A DNA stretch of 59,601 bases from Syntrophomonadaceae bacterium. Lineage in GTDB: Bacteria; Bacillota; Dethiobacteria; DTU022; UBA8154. Position 1 is the stretch's first letter, and every line of letters begins with the position of its first letter. Shown in pieces: positions 26,242 through 35,817 of this stretch. The translations under genes and the position numbers were made by a program. The DNA is taken from positions 1 to 59,601 of the forward strand of contig PWTK01000058.1 of the NCBI GenBank assembly GCA_003563895.1, read 5' to 3'. The notes under the pieces are model-generated. The model did no database searches and was not told the origin of the DNA. It worked only from the letters and a program-made list of their open reading frames with translations.

Positions 26242-27423
26242 TCAGATCACACCTTTATCCTTCAGCTCCTCTATTTCGACCCCACTCCGGCCGAGCTCCT
26301 GCAGCAGGGCGGCGGTATCCTCGCCCAGGGCGGGAGGGTGTTTGCGGTAGCGTGCCGGCGTAGAAGAAAGCTTGCAGGGAAAGCCGATCTGCTTCATGAA
26401 GCCGCCATTTTTCAGCGGTGCATCAAGAAACGTTTCCCGCTCCTGCACCTGCGGGTGATCGGCTACCTCATCCAGCTCCAGCACGGGCTCCACACAGGAA
26501 TCTTCCTCGCCGGAGAAGAGCTCCACCCATTCCTGCAGCGTGCGCTTTTTGAAGAGCTCCGCCAGCTCTTTTTTTACCTCTTCCTGGGTTTCTCGCGGCG
26601 CGTTCTGCTTGTCGACCAGGTGCGGCTTCTTCACGATGCGGCAAAAGCTCTGCCAGAATTTCGGTTCCAGGGCTCCCAGGCTGATGCAGCGGCCGTCCCC
26701 GGTTTCGTAGATATTGTAACAGGCCAGGTGCCCGGAAAGGATCCCTTCACCCCTCCTGGGGATCCCGCCGCCGGCGGAAAGCTGCGCCACCTGCAGGGGC
26801 AGAAAGGCCAGGCTCCCCTCCATCATGGAGATATCGAGAAACTGGCCGCGGCCCGTTTTTTCCCTGGCCTGCAGGGCCAGCAAAATTGCCACCAGCCCCC
26901 AGAGAGAACCGCCGGCGACGTCGGCCAGCTGCACGGCAGGCATGACCGGCGGGCTTTTACGGGAGGCGCTCAGGGAAAGTACCCCCGCCAGCCCGATGTA
27001 GTTGATATCATGGCCCGCCCGATGGCGAAAAGGGCCCTGCTGGCCGTAACCGGAGATGGCGCAGTAAATGAGCCGGGGGTTAATGGCTGCCAGGTCTTTA
27101 TAGCCGAGCCCGAGGGAGTCCATGACGTCCGGGCGGAAGCTCTCCACCAGGACATCAGAGCCCTCAGCCAGCTGTCGGAAAATCGCCACCCCTTCCGGGG
27201 TTTTGAGATTTAAGGAGAGGCTTTTCTTGTTGCGGTTGAGCTGCCAGAAGTAGGCGCTGTCCTCATCGATCATCGGCCCCATCTTCCGGACATAGTCCCC
27301 TTCAAAAGGCGACTCCACTTTGATCACTTCTGCGCCGTGGTCGGCCAGCACAAGGGTGCAGTAAGGGCCGGGCAGCAGCCGGCCCAGGTCGAGCACCCTC
27401 AACCCGTCTAAAGCTCCCTGCAT
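26242..27423 (-). CDS. family III CoA-transferase (CaiB/BaiF/Frc family)
   Basis: LDGLRVLDLGRLLPGPYCTLVLADHGAEVIKVE N-terminus. 393 aa. Confidence 0.85.
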   Translation of the reverse strand: MQGALDGLRVLDLGRLLPGPYCTLVLADHGAEVIKVESPFEGDYVRKMGPMIDEDSAYFWQLNRNKKSLSLNLKTPEGVAIFRQLAEGSDVLVESFRPDVMDSLGLGYKDLAAINPRLIYCAISGYGQQGPFRHRAGHDINYIGLAGVLSLSASRKSPPVMPAVQLADVAGGSLWGLVAILLALQAREKTGRGQFLDISMMEGSLAFLPLQVAQLSAGGGIPRRGEGILSGHLACYNIYETGDGRCISLGALEPKFWQSFCRIVKKPHLVDKQNAPRETQEEVKKELAELFKKRTLQEWVELFSGEEDSCVEPVLELDEVADHPQVQERETFLDAPLKNGGFMKQIGFPCKLSSTPARYRKHPPALGEDTAALLQELGRSGVEIEELKDKGVI

Positions 27424-27751
27424 GGTATCCTTCCTCCTTCTTTGGTTTGGTGCCGCCTGAAAAGCCTTCGGCAGGATCTTTCCGGATAAGGTAGGATTCT
27501 CTCCCGGCGGACCAAATTCCTCCCGCAGCCTGCGCCGGCAGGCCCGGGGGTCCCGCAGGCGTCCGCGTTAATTAATGGAACTGGTAGTAACTGTTGATAT
27601 GGAAGTACATTTCAAGCCCTCTCGGCTATCTCTTAGCCTTGAATCTTTTTCCGGGCTTGTATGCTTACTAAAAACACCACCCTTAAATTGACAATCGGAC
27701 CGGAGTAAGCAGCCGCGTCCTTGTTTGCCCATTTCCCGGCCTTGCGCCGCT

Positions 27752-27793
27752 TTTAAAAAACAAAGGATGCCGCCCCTTTGGAGGAAGCATCCT
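27752..27793 (-). terminator. intrinsic terminator downstream of the Sdh/Frd-like operon and R1 copy b
   Basis: The minus strand reads AGGAUGC-16 nt-GCAUCCU followed by UUGUUUUUU. Confidence 0.55.
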
Positions 27794-27989
27794 CTTGTAT
27801 CGTTCGGTTGAAGTCCCGCCTCTTTCGGGAAGGCCGCCCCCGGCAGCCGTCAGGGCGCGGATGTTTTCCGTTGAACCGGCTAATCTTCACGGGCCCTGCA
27901 AATCTGGCAAGAGATTTTTACAGAGAATGAACTCTGCCAATGCCCCTGGCCTGTCCGGAATCCAGGGGAAGCCGGTTTTGCTCCAGGCC

Positions 27990-28078
27990 CTACCCTGAAA
28001 ATGCAACTCCACCGCTATGAGTTTCCTGTTTGAAAGGGAACATTTTCGTCCTCCTGATGGTGAGGCGAAGCTTCATGG
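27990..28078 (-). repeat. R1 element, singleton copy b
   Basis: The plus strand reads CTACCCTGAAAAT-core-TTTTCGTCCTCCTGATGGT-GAGGCGAAGCTTC-ATGG. It lies between the stop of the flavoprotein gene (28165) and the terminator at 27752-27793. Confidence 0.7.
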
Positions 28079-28164
28079 ATGTCTCTTTTAGGGATGTGAG
28101 GAGGCGGGATCCATACCCGCGGGTTTTTTGCAACGCCTGCGGACGCTGCTGAGCAAACGGCCGA

Positions 28165-29787
28165 TTACTCGACTGCAGTCTCCAGCACTTCCCGGTGCGT
28201 ATAGCGCGGCAGCAGCATGGGAGAGACTCTGCCGGCGGTATCAACGCCGTTTTCCTCCAGTTCCCGGTGGTGCGCGTCGATGTGGTCCAGGGTGAGTTTT
28301 TTCACTTCAACCCCTTTGCTCTTCTCCGCGGCGTGCAGGCCGGCACGGCGCCCAAAGACCAGGATATCGAGCAGGGAATTGCCCATCAGGCGGTTGCGGC
28401 CGTGGATGCCTCCGGCATTTTCTCCGGCCACGTAGAGGTTTTCTATGTTGGATTGGCCGTGTTCATCGATGAGCAGGCCGCCGTTCTGGTAGTGCAGGGT
28501 GGGGTAAATGAGCATGGGCTCTTTGCGGATGTCCACCCCGAACCGGCTGAACTGGCGCAGCATGGCGGGGAGCATTCTCTCGATGGCCCCTTCGCCATGG
28601 ATCAGTTCGATCAGCGGGGAATCCAGCCAGACCCCGACCATCCCCGTCGGGGTGGTAATGCCTTTTTTGCGCCCGACGCATTCCCTGATGATGGCGGCAG
28701 AGGCCACGTCCCTCGTCTCCAGGTGGTAGGTAAACTGTTCTCCGTCAATGTTCAAGAAGGTCGCGCCGCGGCCCCTGACCGCTTCGGTTACCAGGAGGCC
28801 CAGTATCTGGGGCGGATAGGCTGCCCCGGTGGGGTGGTACTGGATGGTGTCCATGAAAGCCAGCTTTGCCCCCGCCCTGTAACCCATGACCAGACCGTCT
28901 GCGGTGGCACCGTAATGGTTGGTGGTGGGGAAGTTCTGGTAATGGAGCCTTCCTGCCCCACCCATGGCCAGAATCACCGTTTTCGCCCGGGCAACGAGGT
29001 ACTCTTCCGTTTCCAGGTTGTAGAGCACCGCACCCCCGGCCTTGCCTTCCTCATCGAGGATAAGCTCCACGGCGGAACAAAACTCGATCACGTCGACGCC
29101 CCTGTTAATGGCTTCGTCCCTCAAGGTTCTCATGATCTCAGCGCCCGTGTAGTCCCTGGCGGCGTGCATCCTTTTTCTGGAGGTCCCCCCGCCGTGCGCG
29201 GTGACCATGGTGCCGTTGCCTTCCTTGTCAAACATGGTGCCCATCTCTTCCAGCCACTTGATCACCATGGGCGCATCATTCACGAGGGCGCGGACGAGTT
29301 CAGGGATGTTGGTGAAGTGTCCGCCTCCCATGACATCGACGTAGTGAATGGGGGGCGAGTCGTGGGGCTTGTCTGCGGCCTGGATACCGCCCTGGGCCAT
29401 CATGGTATTGGCATCGCCAAAGCGCAGCTTCGTAACCAGCAGCACCTCTGCTCCCTGTTCTTTGGCCATCAGCGCCGCTGCTGCCCCGGCGCCTCCTCCG
29501 CCGATCACCAGCACGTCCACATCATAAGCCACTTCTTCCAGGTTCAGCTCTACGCCTTCCAGCCTGCTGCGCGCCTCCAGGAGATCGGCCAACTCCTGGG
29601 GGGCGTTTTCCCCCTTGTTGACACCTATTTTCAGCGGACGGAAGCCCTCTTCGATAAAATCGGGGTGGTAATTTTTTAACACCTCGGTGCGCTCTTCGGG
29701 GGTCATCCGGGGAAAGTCAACCCCCACTCGCTGAGGCCTGGTTTCTTCCACCTTCTTGATCAGTTCCTTCATCTCCGGTGTATACAT
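28165..29787 (-). CDS. FAD-binding flavoprotein of the succinate dehydrogenase/fumarate reductase family, with ~95-aa N-terminal extension
   Basis: DVLVIGGGGAGAAAA dinucleotide fold. The Sdh/Frd-type FAD and capping domain region includes RGATFLN and GENAGGIHGRNRLMGNSL. 540 aa. Confidence 0.75.
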   Translation of the reverse strand: MYTPEMKELIKKVEETRPQRVGVDFPRMTPEERTEVLKNYHPDFIEEGFRPLKIGVNKGENAPQELADLLEARSRLEGVELNLEEVAYDVDVLVIGGGGAGAAAALMAKEQGAEVLLVTKLRFGDANTMMAQGGIQAADKPHDSPPIHYVDVMGGGHFTNIPELVRALVNDAPMVIKWLEEMGTMFDKEGNGTMVTAHGGGTSRKRMHAARDYTGAEIMRTLRDEAINRGVDVIEFCSAVELILDEEGKAGGAVLYNLETEEYLVARAKTVILAMGGAGRLHYQNFPTTNHYGATADGLVMGYRAGAKLAFMDTIQYHPTGAAYPPQILGLLVTEAVRGRGATFLNIDGEQFTYHLETRDVASAAIIRECVGRKKGITTPTGMVGVWLDSPLIELIHGEGAIERMLPAMLRQFSRFGVDIRKEPMLIYPTLHYQNGGLLIDEHGQSNIENLYVAGENAGGIHGRNRLMGNSLLDILVFGRRAGLHAAEKSKGVEVKKLTLDHIDAHHRELEENGVDTAGRVSPMLLPRYTHREVLETAVE

Positions 29788-29871
29788 ATGATTACCCTGG
29801 CTGCTTCAACCAGGACGTCAACCTCCTTCCTTGGGACGTATTTACCCGTTCCACTGCGGTGTGGGCCCTTT

Positions 29872-30552
29872 TTATTTCTCGATCTCACGGCTGTTATAGA
29901 GCTCTTTCAGCTCATCGGTTGCTTTTTTCATCAACTCATCAAGATCGGCATCGTATTTTTTTGCCTTTATTTCTTCTACCCTTTCCTGCAGGTGCGGAGC
30001 CGGGGGAAGCACGTGCTTCCCGTAGAGTCGGCGGGCCAGGATGCCTACATGATACTGAACGATGTGCGCCGGACACCTGGATGCGCAGAGCCCGCACATG
30101 ATGCAGTCAAAAGATTCGCTGGCGCACCGCTCCAAATCTCCCCGCTGGGCATAGGCGACGTACTGCATGACGTTCAGATCTTGGGGACAGACATTTGTGC
30201 AAGAGTTGCACCCGATGCAGCGGTATATTTCAGGATAATAGGTCGCAAGGGATGATGCGGAAGGGGTTAGCTCGTCAACATCGTATTCGGCTTTGACCGC
30301 CGGAAAGAAAGGGATCTGGGCCAGATACATGTTGTGTTCCACCTTCGTCTGGCAGGCCAAACCCACGTACAGTTCATAATCTCCTGCGATACGGTAAACC
30401 GTTCCGCAGGCTCCGCAAAAACCCGCCCGGCAGCCGCAGCCTCTCTTTAGCTGGTAGCCGGCAAATTCCATGGCATCCATGATGGTTAGGGATTCGGGAA
30501 CTGAATACTTTTTACCCATCAGGTAAATGTCAACCATTTCTACCTGGGCCAT
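29872..30552 (-). CDS. succinate dehydrogenase/fumarate reductase-type iron-sulfur subunit
   Basis: 2Fe-2S motif CGCRAGFCGACG plus CIGCNSCTNVCP and CIMCGLCASRCP. ATG-30552 sits behind GAGGAGG; the ORF track extends to 30696. Confidence 0.75.
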   Translation of the reverse strand: MAQVEMVDIYLMGKKYSVPESLTIMDAMEFAGYQLKRGCGCRAGFCGACGTVYRIAGDYELYVGLACQTKVEHNMYLAQIPFFPAVKAEYDVDELTPSASSLATYYPEIYRCIGCNSCTNVCPQDLNVMQYVAYAQRGDLERCASESFDCIMCGLCASRCPAHIVQYHVGILARRLYGKHVLPPAPHLQERVEEIKAKKYDADLDELMKKATDELKELYNSREIEK

Positions 30553-30670
30553 TTCATCTACCTCCTCATTACCTTCAATGCGTGCTGGGTAGGGTAAAAT
30601 CCGGGCAGGGAGCGGGAACCGCGCCCGCTCCCTTCCGAACTTTCTCACTGGGTATTTCTTGGGCTCCGAT

Positions 30671-32005
30671 TTAATCCTCCGGCGGCAGGAGGACAATGCC
30701 CTTTTCCATCATTATTTTGGCCTGGTCCTGGGCACGCTTGATCTGCTTTTCAGCCAGGTTGAATATTTCGTCCCTGCTCAAAACGCGGCGGGCAACGCCT
30801 TCTTCGATGGCCTTCATAGCCGTGGCGGTGGCCACCCTGGGGAACACTTCCCAGTTGTCCATGGTGGGCAGGATCTCTTCGGGGTTGATGTCCTTTTCAG
30901 AGGCGCAGGCGGCCAGTTCTTCGGCCGCTGCGAGGCACATGGAATCGGTGATGGTGGAAGCATACACATCGAGCACCCCGCGGAAGATGGAGGGGAAGCC
31001 CAGGGAGTTGTTCACCTGGTTGGGGAAGTCAGAGCGGCCCGTGGAAACGATGACGGCCCCGGCGTCCTTGGCTTCCCACGGCCAGATCTCGGGGATGGGG
31101 TTGGCGCAGGCGAACACAATGGCATCTTTGGCCATGCTCTCGACCCACTCTTTTTTAATGGTATCCGGGCCGGGCTTGGAAAGCCCGATGACGATGTCCG
31201 CCCCTTCCATGGCCTCGGCGATACCGCCGGTGCGCTGTTCTTTGTTGCTGATCTGGCAAAGTTTAATCTTGTCGGCATATTCCTTCGGAATGTCGTCCCT
31301 TCCCTTGTGGAGGATGCCCTTGCTGTCGGTAATGATGATGTTTTCGGCAGGGATGCCTGCCGCCAGGAGCACCCTGACGGTGGCAATGTTGGCCGCACCC
31401 GCCCCGATTAGGCTTATCCTGGCCTTGTTTTGATCTTTGCCCACGTATTTCAAGGCGTTGATCAAACCGGCATAGGTCACACAGGCCGTGCCCTGCTGGT
31501 CATCGTGCCAGACAGGGATATGGCATTCTTCCCGCAGGCGGTCCAGGATGTAAAAGCACTTGGGCTGGGCGATGTCTTCCAGGTTCACCCCGCCAAAGGT
31601 GGGCTGCAGCATTTTGACGGTATTGATCAGCTCATCCGGGTCCTTGGTGTCCAGGCAGATGGGAAACGCATCGACCCCGCCCAGGTACTTGAAGAGCAGC
31701 GCCTTGCCTTCCATCACCGGCATGGAGGCTTCCGGGCCGATATCCCCCAGGCCCAGCACCCGGGTGCCGTCGGAAACGACAGCGACAAAATTGGCCTTGT
31801 TGGTATGGTTGTAAACCTCTTCCTTGTTCTCAAAAATGGCACGGCACGGCGCAGCAACGCCCGGCGTATACCAGATGGCAAAATCGTCATAGTTCCGCAC
31901 GGCTGATTTCAGGGAAACCTCCACCTTCCCCTTGTAAAAGGGATGCAGTTTCATCGCATCCTCGGCCGGCTTCTTCGCCTTCGCTAACAGTTCATCTTTG
32001 TCCAA
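30671..32005 (-). CDS. NAD(P)-dependent malic enzyme (oxaloacetate-decarboxylating malate dehydrogenase)
   Basis: LHPFYKGKVEV..., AIWYTPGVAAPC, and NAD fold LIGAGAANIA. 444 aa. Confidence 0.85.
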   Translation of the reverse strand: MDKDELLAKAKKPAEDAMKLHPFYKGKVEVSLKSAVRNYDDFAIWYTPGVAAPCRAIFENKEEVYNHTNKANFVAVVSDGTRVLGLGDIGPEASMPVMEGKALLFKYLGGVDAFPICLDTKDPDELINTVKMLQPTFGGVNLEDIAQPKCFYILDRLREECHIPVWHDDQQGTACVTYAGLINALKYVGKDQNKARISLIGAGAANIATVRVLLAAGIPAENIIITDSKGILHKGRDDIPKEYADKIKLCQISNKEQRTGGIAEAMEGADIVIGLSKPGPDTIKKEWVESMAKDAIVFACANPIPEIWPWEAKDAGAVIVSTGRSDFPNQVNNSLGFPSIFRGVLDVYASTITDSMCLAAAEELAACASEKDINPEEILPTMDNWEVFPRVATATAMKAIEEGVARRVLSRDEIFNLAEKQIKRAQDQAKIMMEKGIVLLPPED

Positions 32006-32187
32006 AAGGATCCACTCCCTTCAAAATTAAAATGTGGTTTGCCCCCCAAAAAACCTTTTTGGCACAGCTGTATTTAACAAAGAGGTGCGGGGACGAATCT
32101 GAGTTCAAATTGCCTGAAATAAGCTTTTTGGGATTGAATCAGTCGTACTTTAATCCTCATTGGTTCCCCGGGCTTTTCCGCCCGGGC

Positions 32188-32763
32188 TTAGTCGAGGGCG
32201 TACTGCTTGCGCCCTTCCTCGTAGAGGTCGTTGCCATGGGCGACATTGACCACCGTCGCGGGAAAGTCTTCCACGACCAGGCGGCGGATCGCCTCCGGCC
32301 CCAGCTCTTCGTAAGCGACAATCTCAGCCTCTTTAATGACTTTTGCCAGCAGGGCTCCCGCTCCACCGATGGCGGCCAGGTACACTGCCTTGTAGTCCTG
32401 AAAGGCTTTGCGGGTCGCTTCGTTGCGGGCCCCCTTCCCGATAACGCCCTTCACCCCGTATTCCAGGACGGCAGGAGTGTAGGAATCCATGCGTCCGCTG
32501 GTGGTCGGCCCCGCTGAACCGATCACTTCTCCCGGCTTGGCCGGTGCGGGCCCCACGTAATAGATCAGCTGCCCCTTTAAATCGACGGGCCACTCTTCTC
32601 CTTTTTCCAGCAGCTCCACCAACCTCTTATGTGCGGCATCCCTGGCGGTATATATGACCCCGGAAATCAGCACGTTGTCTCCGGCTTTTAAATTCATCAC
32701 GTCTTCGTCTGTCAAGGGAGGGGCAATCCGTTTCGGTTCCACAAAAAACAACCTCCTTTCCAT
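32188..32763 (-). CDS. fumB: class I (Fe-S) fumarate hydratase, beta subunit / C-terminal domain
   Basis: 191 aa with GVIYTARDAAHKRL, GPTTSGRMD and IGKGARN motifs of Fe-S hydro-lyase beta subunits. Confidence 0.8.
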   Translation of the reverse strand: MERRLFFVEPKRIAPPLTDEDVMNLKAGDNVLISGVIYTARDAAHKRLVELLEKGEEWPVDLKGQLIYYVGPAPAKPGEVIGSAGPTTSGRMDSYTPAVLEYGVKGVIGKGARNEATRKAFQDYKAVYLAAIGGAGALLAKVIKEAEIVAYEELGPEAIRRLVVEDFPATVVNVAHGNDLYEEGRKQYALD

Positions 32764-32778
32764 GTTAAAATGGTTAAG

Positions 32779-33621
32779 TCAAATTACTTTCTCCGCATGG
32801 CGGCTGGCATGGCAGTTTATGTTGACTGCTGCGGGCATGCTGGCGATGTGGCAGGGGTATGTTTCAATATTAACGCCCAGTGCGGTGCTTCTGCCGCCAA
32901 AGCCCTGCGGGCCGATGCCCAGTTTGTTTATTTTTTCCAGCATTTCTTTTTCCAGGTCGGCATAGAAGGGGTTGGGGTTCGGCTGATCCAGGGGGCGCAT
33001 CAGCGCTTTCTTCGCCAGGTAAGCCACCTTTTCAAAGGTGCCGCCAAAACCCACGCCAACAACAATCGGCGGGCAGGGGTTGGGACCGGCCCTGCTGACC
33101 GTATCCACTACAAAATCCACCAGGCCCTTCACACCCTGGGCGGGGGTAAGCATCTTCAGCGCGCTCATGTTTTCAGCGCCTCCGCCCTTGGGGGCGAGTA
33201 TTATTTTTATTTTATCTCCCGGCATCACCTCAGTGTGCACAACCGCCGGCGTATTGTCGCCGGTGTTCACCCGCTCCAACGGGTCCTTAACGATAGATTT
33301 GCGCAGGTAACCCTCGTCGTAGCCCCTTCTGACGCCCTCGTTGATGGCTTCGTTAAAGTCTCCGCCGACCAGGCGCACCTCTTGTCCAAGTTCCACAAAA
33401 AGGACGGCGGTGCCGGTATCCTGGCAGATCGCCACTTCTTCATCACGGGCAATGCGGACGTTTTCCAGCAGTTGGTTCATAACCTCTTTGCCGACGGGAG
33501 ATTCTTCCTGTTCCAGGCCCTGCTTTAAAGCATCATCGACATCATCTCCCAAGAAATAATTGGCTTCCTTGCTCAGATCGGCCACGGCATCTGCAATCAA
33601 CTTCACATCCACCTCACGCAT
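32779..33621 (-). CDS. fumA: class I (Fe-S) fumarate hydratase, alpha subunit / N-terminal domain
   Basis: 280 aa with ICQDTGTAV, PPIVVGVGFGGT and CHAS motifs of the tartrate/fumarate hydro-lyase alpha family. Confidence 0.8.
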   Translation of the reverse strand: MREVDVKLIADAVADLSKEANYFLGDDVDDALKQGLEQEESPVGKEVMNQLLENVRIARDEEVAICQDTGTAVLFVELGQEVRLVGGDFNEAINEGVRRGYDEGYLRKSIVKDPLERVNTGDNTPAVVHTEVMPGDKIKIILAPKGGGAENMSALKMLTPAQGVKGLVDFVVDTVSRAGPNPCPPIVVGVGFGGTFEKVAYLAKKALMRPLDQPNPNPFYADLEKEMLEKINKLGIGPQGFGGRSTALGVNIETYPCHIASMPAAVNINCHASRHAEKVI

Positions 33622-33710
33622 CTTATCCCTCCTCCTTGGTTAATGGATTATTCAGGAAGCAATGCCAGGCATATTCAAAAGTATGGGAATTAACAGTCAA
33701 TTTCAAAAAG

Positions 33711-33842
33711 CTCTTTTAAATTTAAGTGTTGATATTGTTTGGAATTTAGGTGCTGTGTCCTCGAACAAGAAAATGGAAAACGATATGAGGTAAGCAATAA
33801 AGGATATTTAAAGCTATCAACAATGCTGGTAAAAAAAGAGCC
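33711..33842. repeat. R2 element copy 2
   Basis: About 92% identical to 18043-18172, in the same orientation on the plus strand. It is not accompanied by R1 here. Confidence 0.6.
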
Positions 33843-34377
33843 TTTTAAAAAGAAACCCTGTCCCAATGCTGTTCCTTCAATATCATCGCATTGCTCAGCC
33901 GGACCAGGGCAAAACCAAGAGAACCTTGCCGCCCGGCACGGTGGAAGCGGCCCGGTATTTTTTTCTCTGTTCCGGCTTTGTTCCGACCTTCCTTTTATTA
34001 ATTAATTTGATTTAAAATAAAAAAATCCTGCCGCAAAACGCAAAAAAACGAAAAATACTGTTATAAAATTTACATCTATTCTAATATTTAAATGGTTTCT
34101 TGGTCGCCCAGGGCTTTCCCCTCACCATGGACGGCGCCGGGAAGTATCCGAACGCAGAAGTGCGGCGGTTTTTTCATTTGGGCATTCCCTTCACCTGGGC
34201 GAGGGAACTGCGCAGGGAGGCGGCGGCATGGCTTTTCCGGTCACGAGGTGGCGGCATGGCTTTTCCGGTCACCTGGATTTTTTTCTTCACCGCAGACCGG
34301 TTTGGGTGCAGAAAAACAATGTGCCTGTTTTATGGGATAGGGCTGTTTTTTCCCTTTGGCCGTTGGGGACGGCCGGT

Positions 34378-35817
34378 TCATGTCTTTTTCAGGCGCTCTT
34401 GCAGCAGTTTCGAAACCATCTGCGGGTTCGCCTTCCCCCCCGTATGCTTCATTACCTGCCCCACGAGAAAGGAAAGGGACTTTTTGTTCCCGGAAAGGAA
34501 GTCCTTTGCGGCGCCCTGGTGTTCCTGCAGGACCTTTTCCGCGATGGAGGCCAGCTCTTTTTCGTCGCTGAGCTGGGCCAGGCCCTTCCGCCGCACAATC
34601 TCCCCGGGGGATTCGCCGCCGTCAAAAGACTCCTTCAAAACTTCTTTGGCCATGCGGGTGCTGATGGCGCCGTCTTCCACCAGCCGCAAGAGCTCTGCCA
34701 GCCGGAAGGCCGTAAAGGGCATGGGGTCTTCTTTGTCCCACTCCTTGACGAGGCTCTGCACGTCGCTCGTCAGCCAGTTGGCAACCAGGCGCGGCCGGTT
34801 AAAATGGCCAACCGCTTCTTCGTAAAAATCGGCCAGCCCGCGGCTGGCGGTGATGACTTCCGCCTGGGAAGGGGGGATCTCGTATTCCCTGGCCAGGCGA
34901 AGGCCGCGCTCGGTGGGAAGTTCGGGGAGGCTTTCCCCAATCTCCTTCAACCGGCTGCCCTCGATGATCAGCGGGGGAAGGTCGGGTTCGGGAAAGTAGC
35001 GGTAATCGTGCTCTTCCTCCTTGCCCCTCATTTCCAGGGTAATGCCCCTGCTTTCATCGTAACGCCTGGTTTCACTGGAGATGCTGCCGCTTTCCCGGAG
35101 AACGGATTTTTGCCGAATCGCTTCGTATTCAAGGCCCTTCTGGACGGACCGGAAAGAGTTCATATTTTTGAGCTCCACCTTGCTCCCCAGCGCCTTCTCG
35201 CCTCCGGGGCGCAGGGAAATGTTGGCATCGCAGCGCAGGCTTCCCTCTTCCATCTTGCAGTCGGAGACGCCGGTGTAGAGGAGGGTCCTGCGGAGCAACT
35301 CCAAAAACAGCCTGGCCTCCTCGGGGGAGCGCAGGTCGGGGGCCGTCACGATCTCTACCAGGGGGACACCGCTGCGGTTGTAATCGACCAGGGAAGCCGC
35401 GCCGTCTTCGCCGTGGAGCAGCTTCCCGGCATCCTCCTCGATGTGCAGCCGCTCAATTTGAACGCGTCGGATCAGGCGGCTTTCGCTGTAGAGGTCCAGG
35501 TGGCCGTTTCTGGCCAGCGGAAAGTCGTACTGGGAGATCTGGTAGGCCTTGGGGAGATCGGGGTAAAAGTAGTTCTTGCGGTCGAACTTGCTGTAGGGCG
35601 GCACCTCGCAGTTCAGGGCCAGCGCCGCCCTGAGGGAGAGCTCGATGACCTTCCCGTTTAACACCGGCAGAGATCCGGGCAGTCCCAGGCAGACGGGGCA
35701 GACGTTGGAATTGGGCGCCTCACCAAACCGGTTGGGGCACGCGCAGAAGATCTTGCTCTTTGTTTGCAGTTCCAGGTGCACTTCAAGCCCGATGACGGTC
35801 TCGAATTCAGCAGCCAT
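34378..35817 (-). CDS. gatB: Asp-tRNA(Asn)/Glu-tRNA(Gln) amidotransferase subunit B
   Basis: FETVIGLEVHLELQTKSKIFC... and a C-terminal GatB/YqeY domain. 479 aa. Confidence 0.95.
   Translation of the reverse strand: MAAEFETVIGLEVHLELQTKSKIFCACPNRFGEAPNSNVCPVCLGLPGSLPVLNGKVIELSLRAALALNCEVPPYSKFDRKNYFYPDLPKAYQISQYDFPLARNGHLDLYSESRLIRRVQIERLHIEEDAGKLLHGEDGAASLVDYNRSGVPLVEIVTAPDLRSPEEARLFLELLRRTLLYTGVSDCKMEEGSLRCDANISLRPGGEKALGSKVELKNMNSFRSVQKGLEYEAIRQKSVLRESGSISSETRRYDESRGITLEMRGKEEEHDYRYFPEPDLPPLIIEGSRLKEIGESLPELPTERGLRLAREYEIPPSQAEVITASRGLADFYEEAVGHFNRPRLVANWLTSDVQSLVKEWDKEDPMPFTAFRLAELLRLVEDGAISTRMAKEVLKESFDGGESPGEIVRRKGLAQLSDEKELASIAEKVLQEHQGAAKDFLSGNKKSLSFLVGQVMKHTGGKANPQMVSKLLQERLKKT

Noticed and set aside
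27993-28046. 17-codon mini-ORF inside R1 on the minus strand (MFPFKQETHSGGVAFSG, also MFLFKKEIHSGGVAFSG at 50658-50711) with AGGAGG 6 nt upstream
   Set aside because: Copy a has the ATG mutated to AGG, and the other R1 subfamilies have no start codon in this frame. Differences between copies are mostly non-synonymous. The conserved C-terminus simply reflects the conserved GCATTTTCAGGGTAG DNA motif.
34221-34272. Direct tandem duplication of a 24-nt motif (YGGCGGCATGGCTTTTCCGGTCAC x2, period 28) downstream of gatB
   Set aside because: It is real in the sequence, but it is only two copies in a non-coding spacer with no associated structure or gene. It is most simply a replication-slippage duplication.
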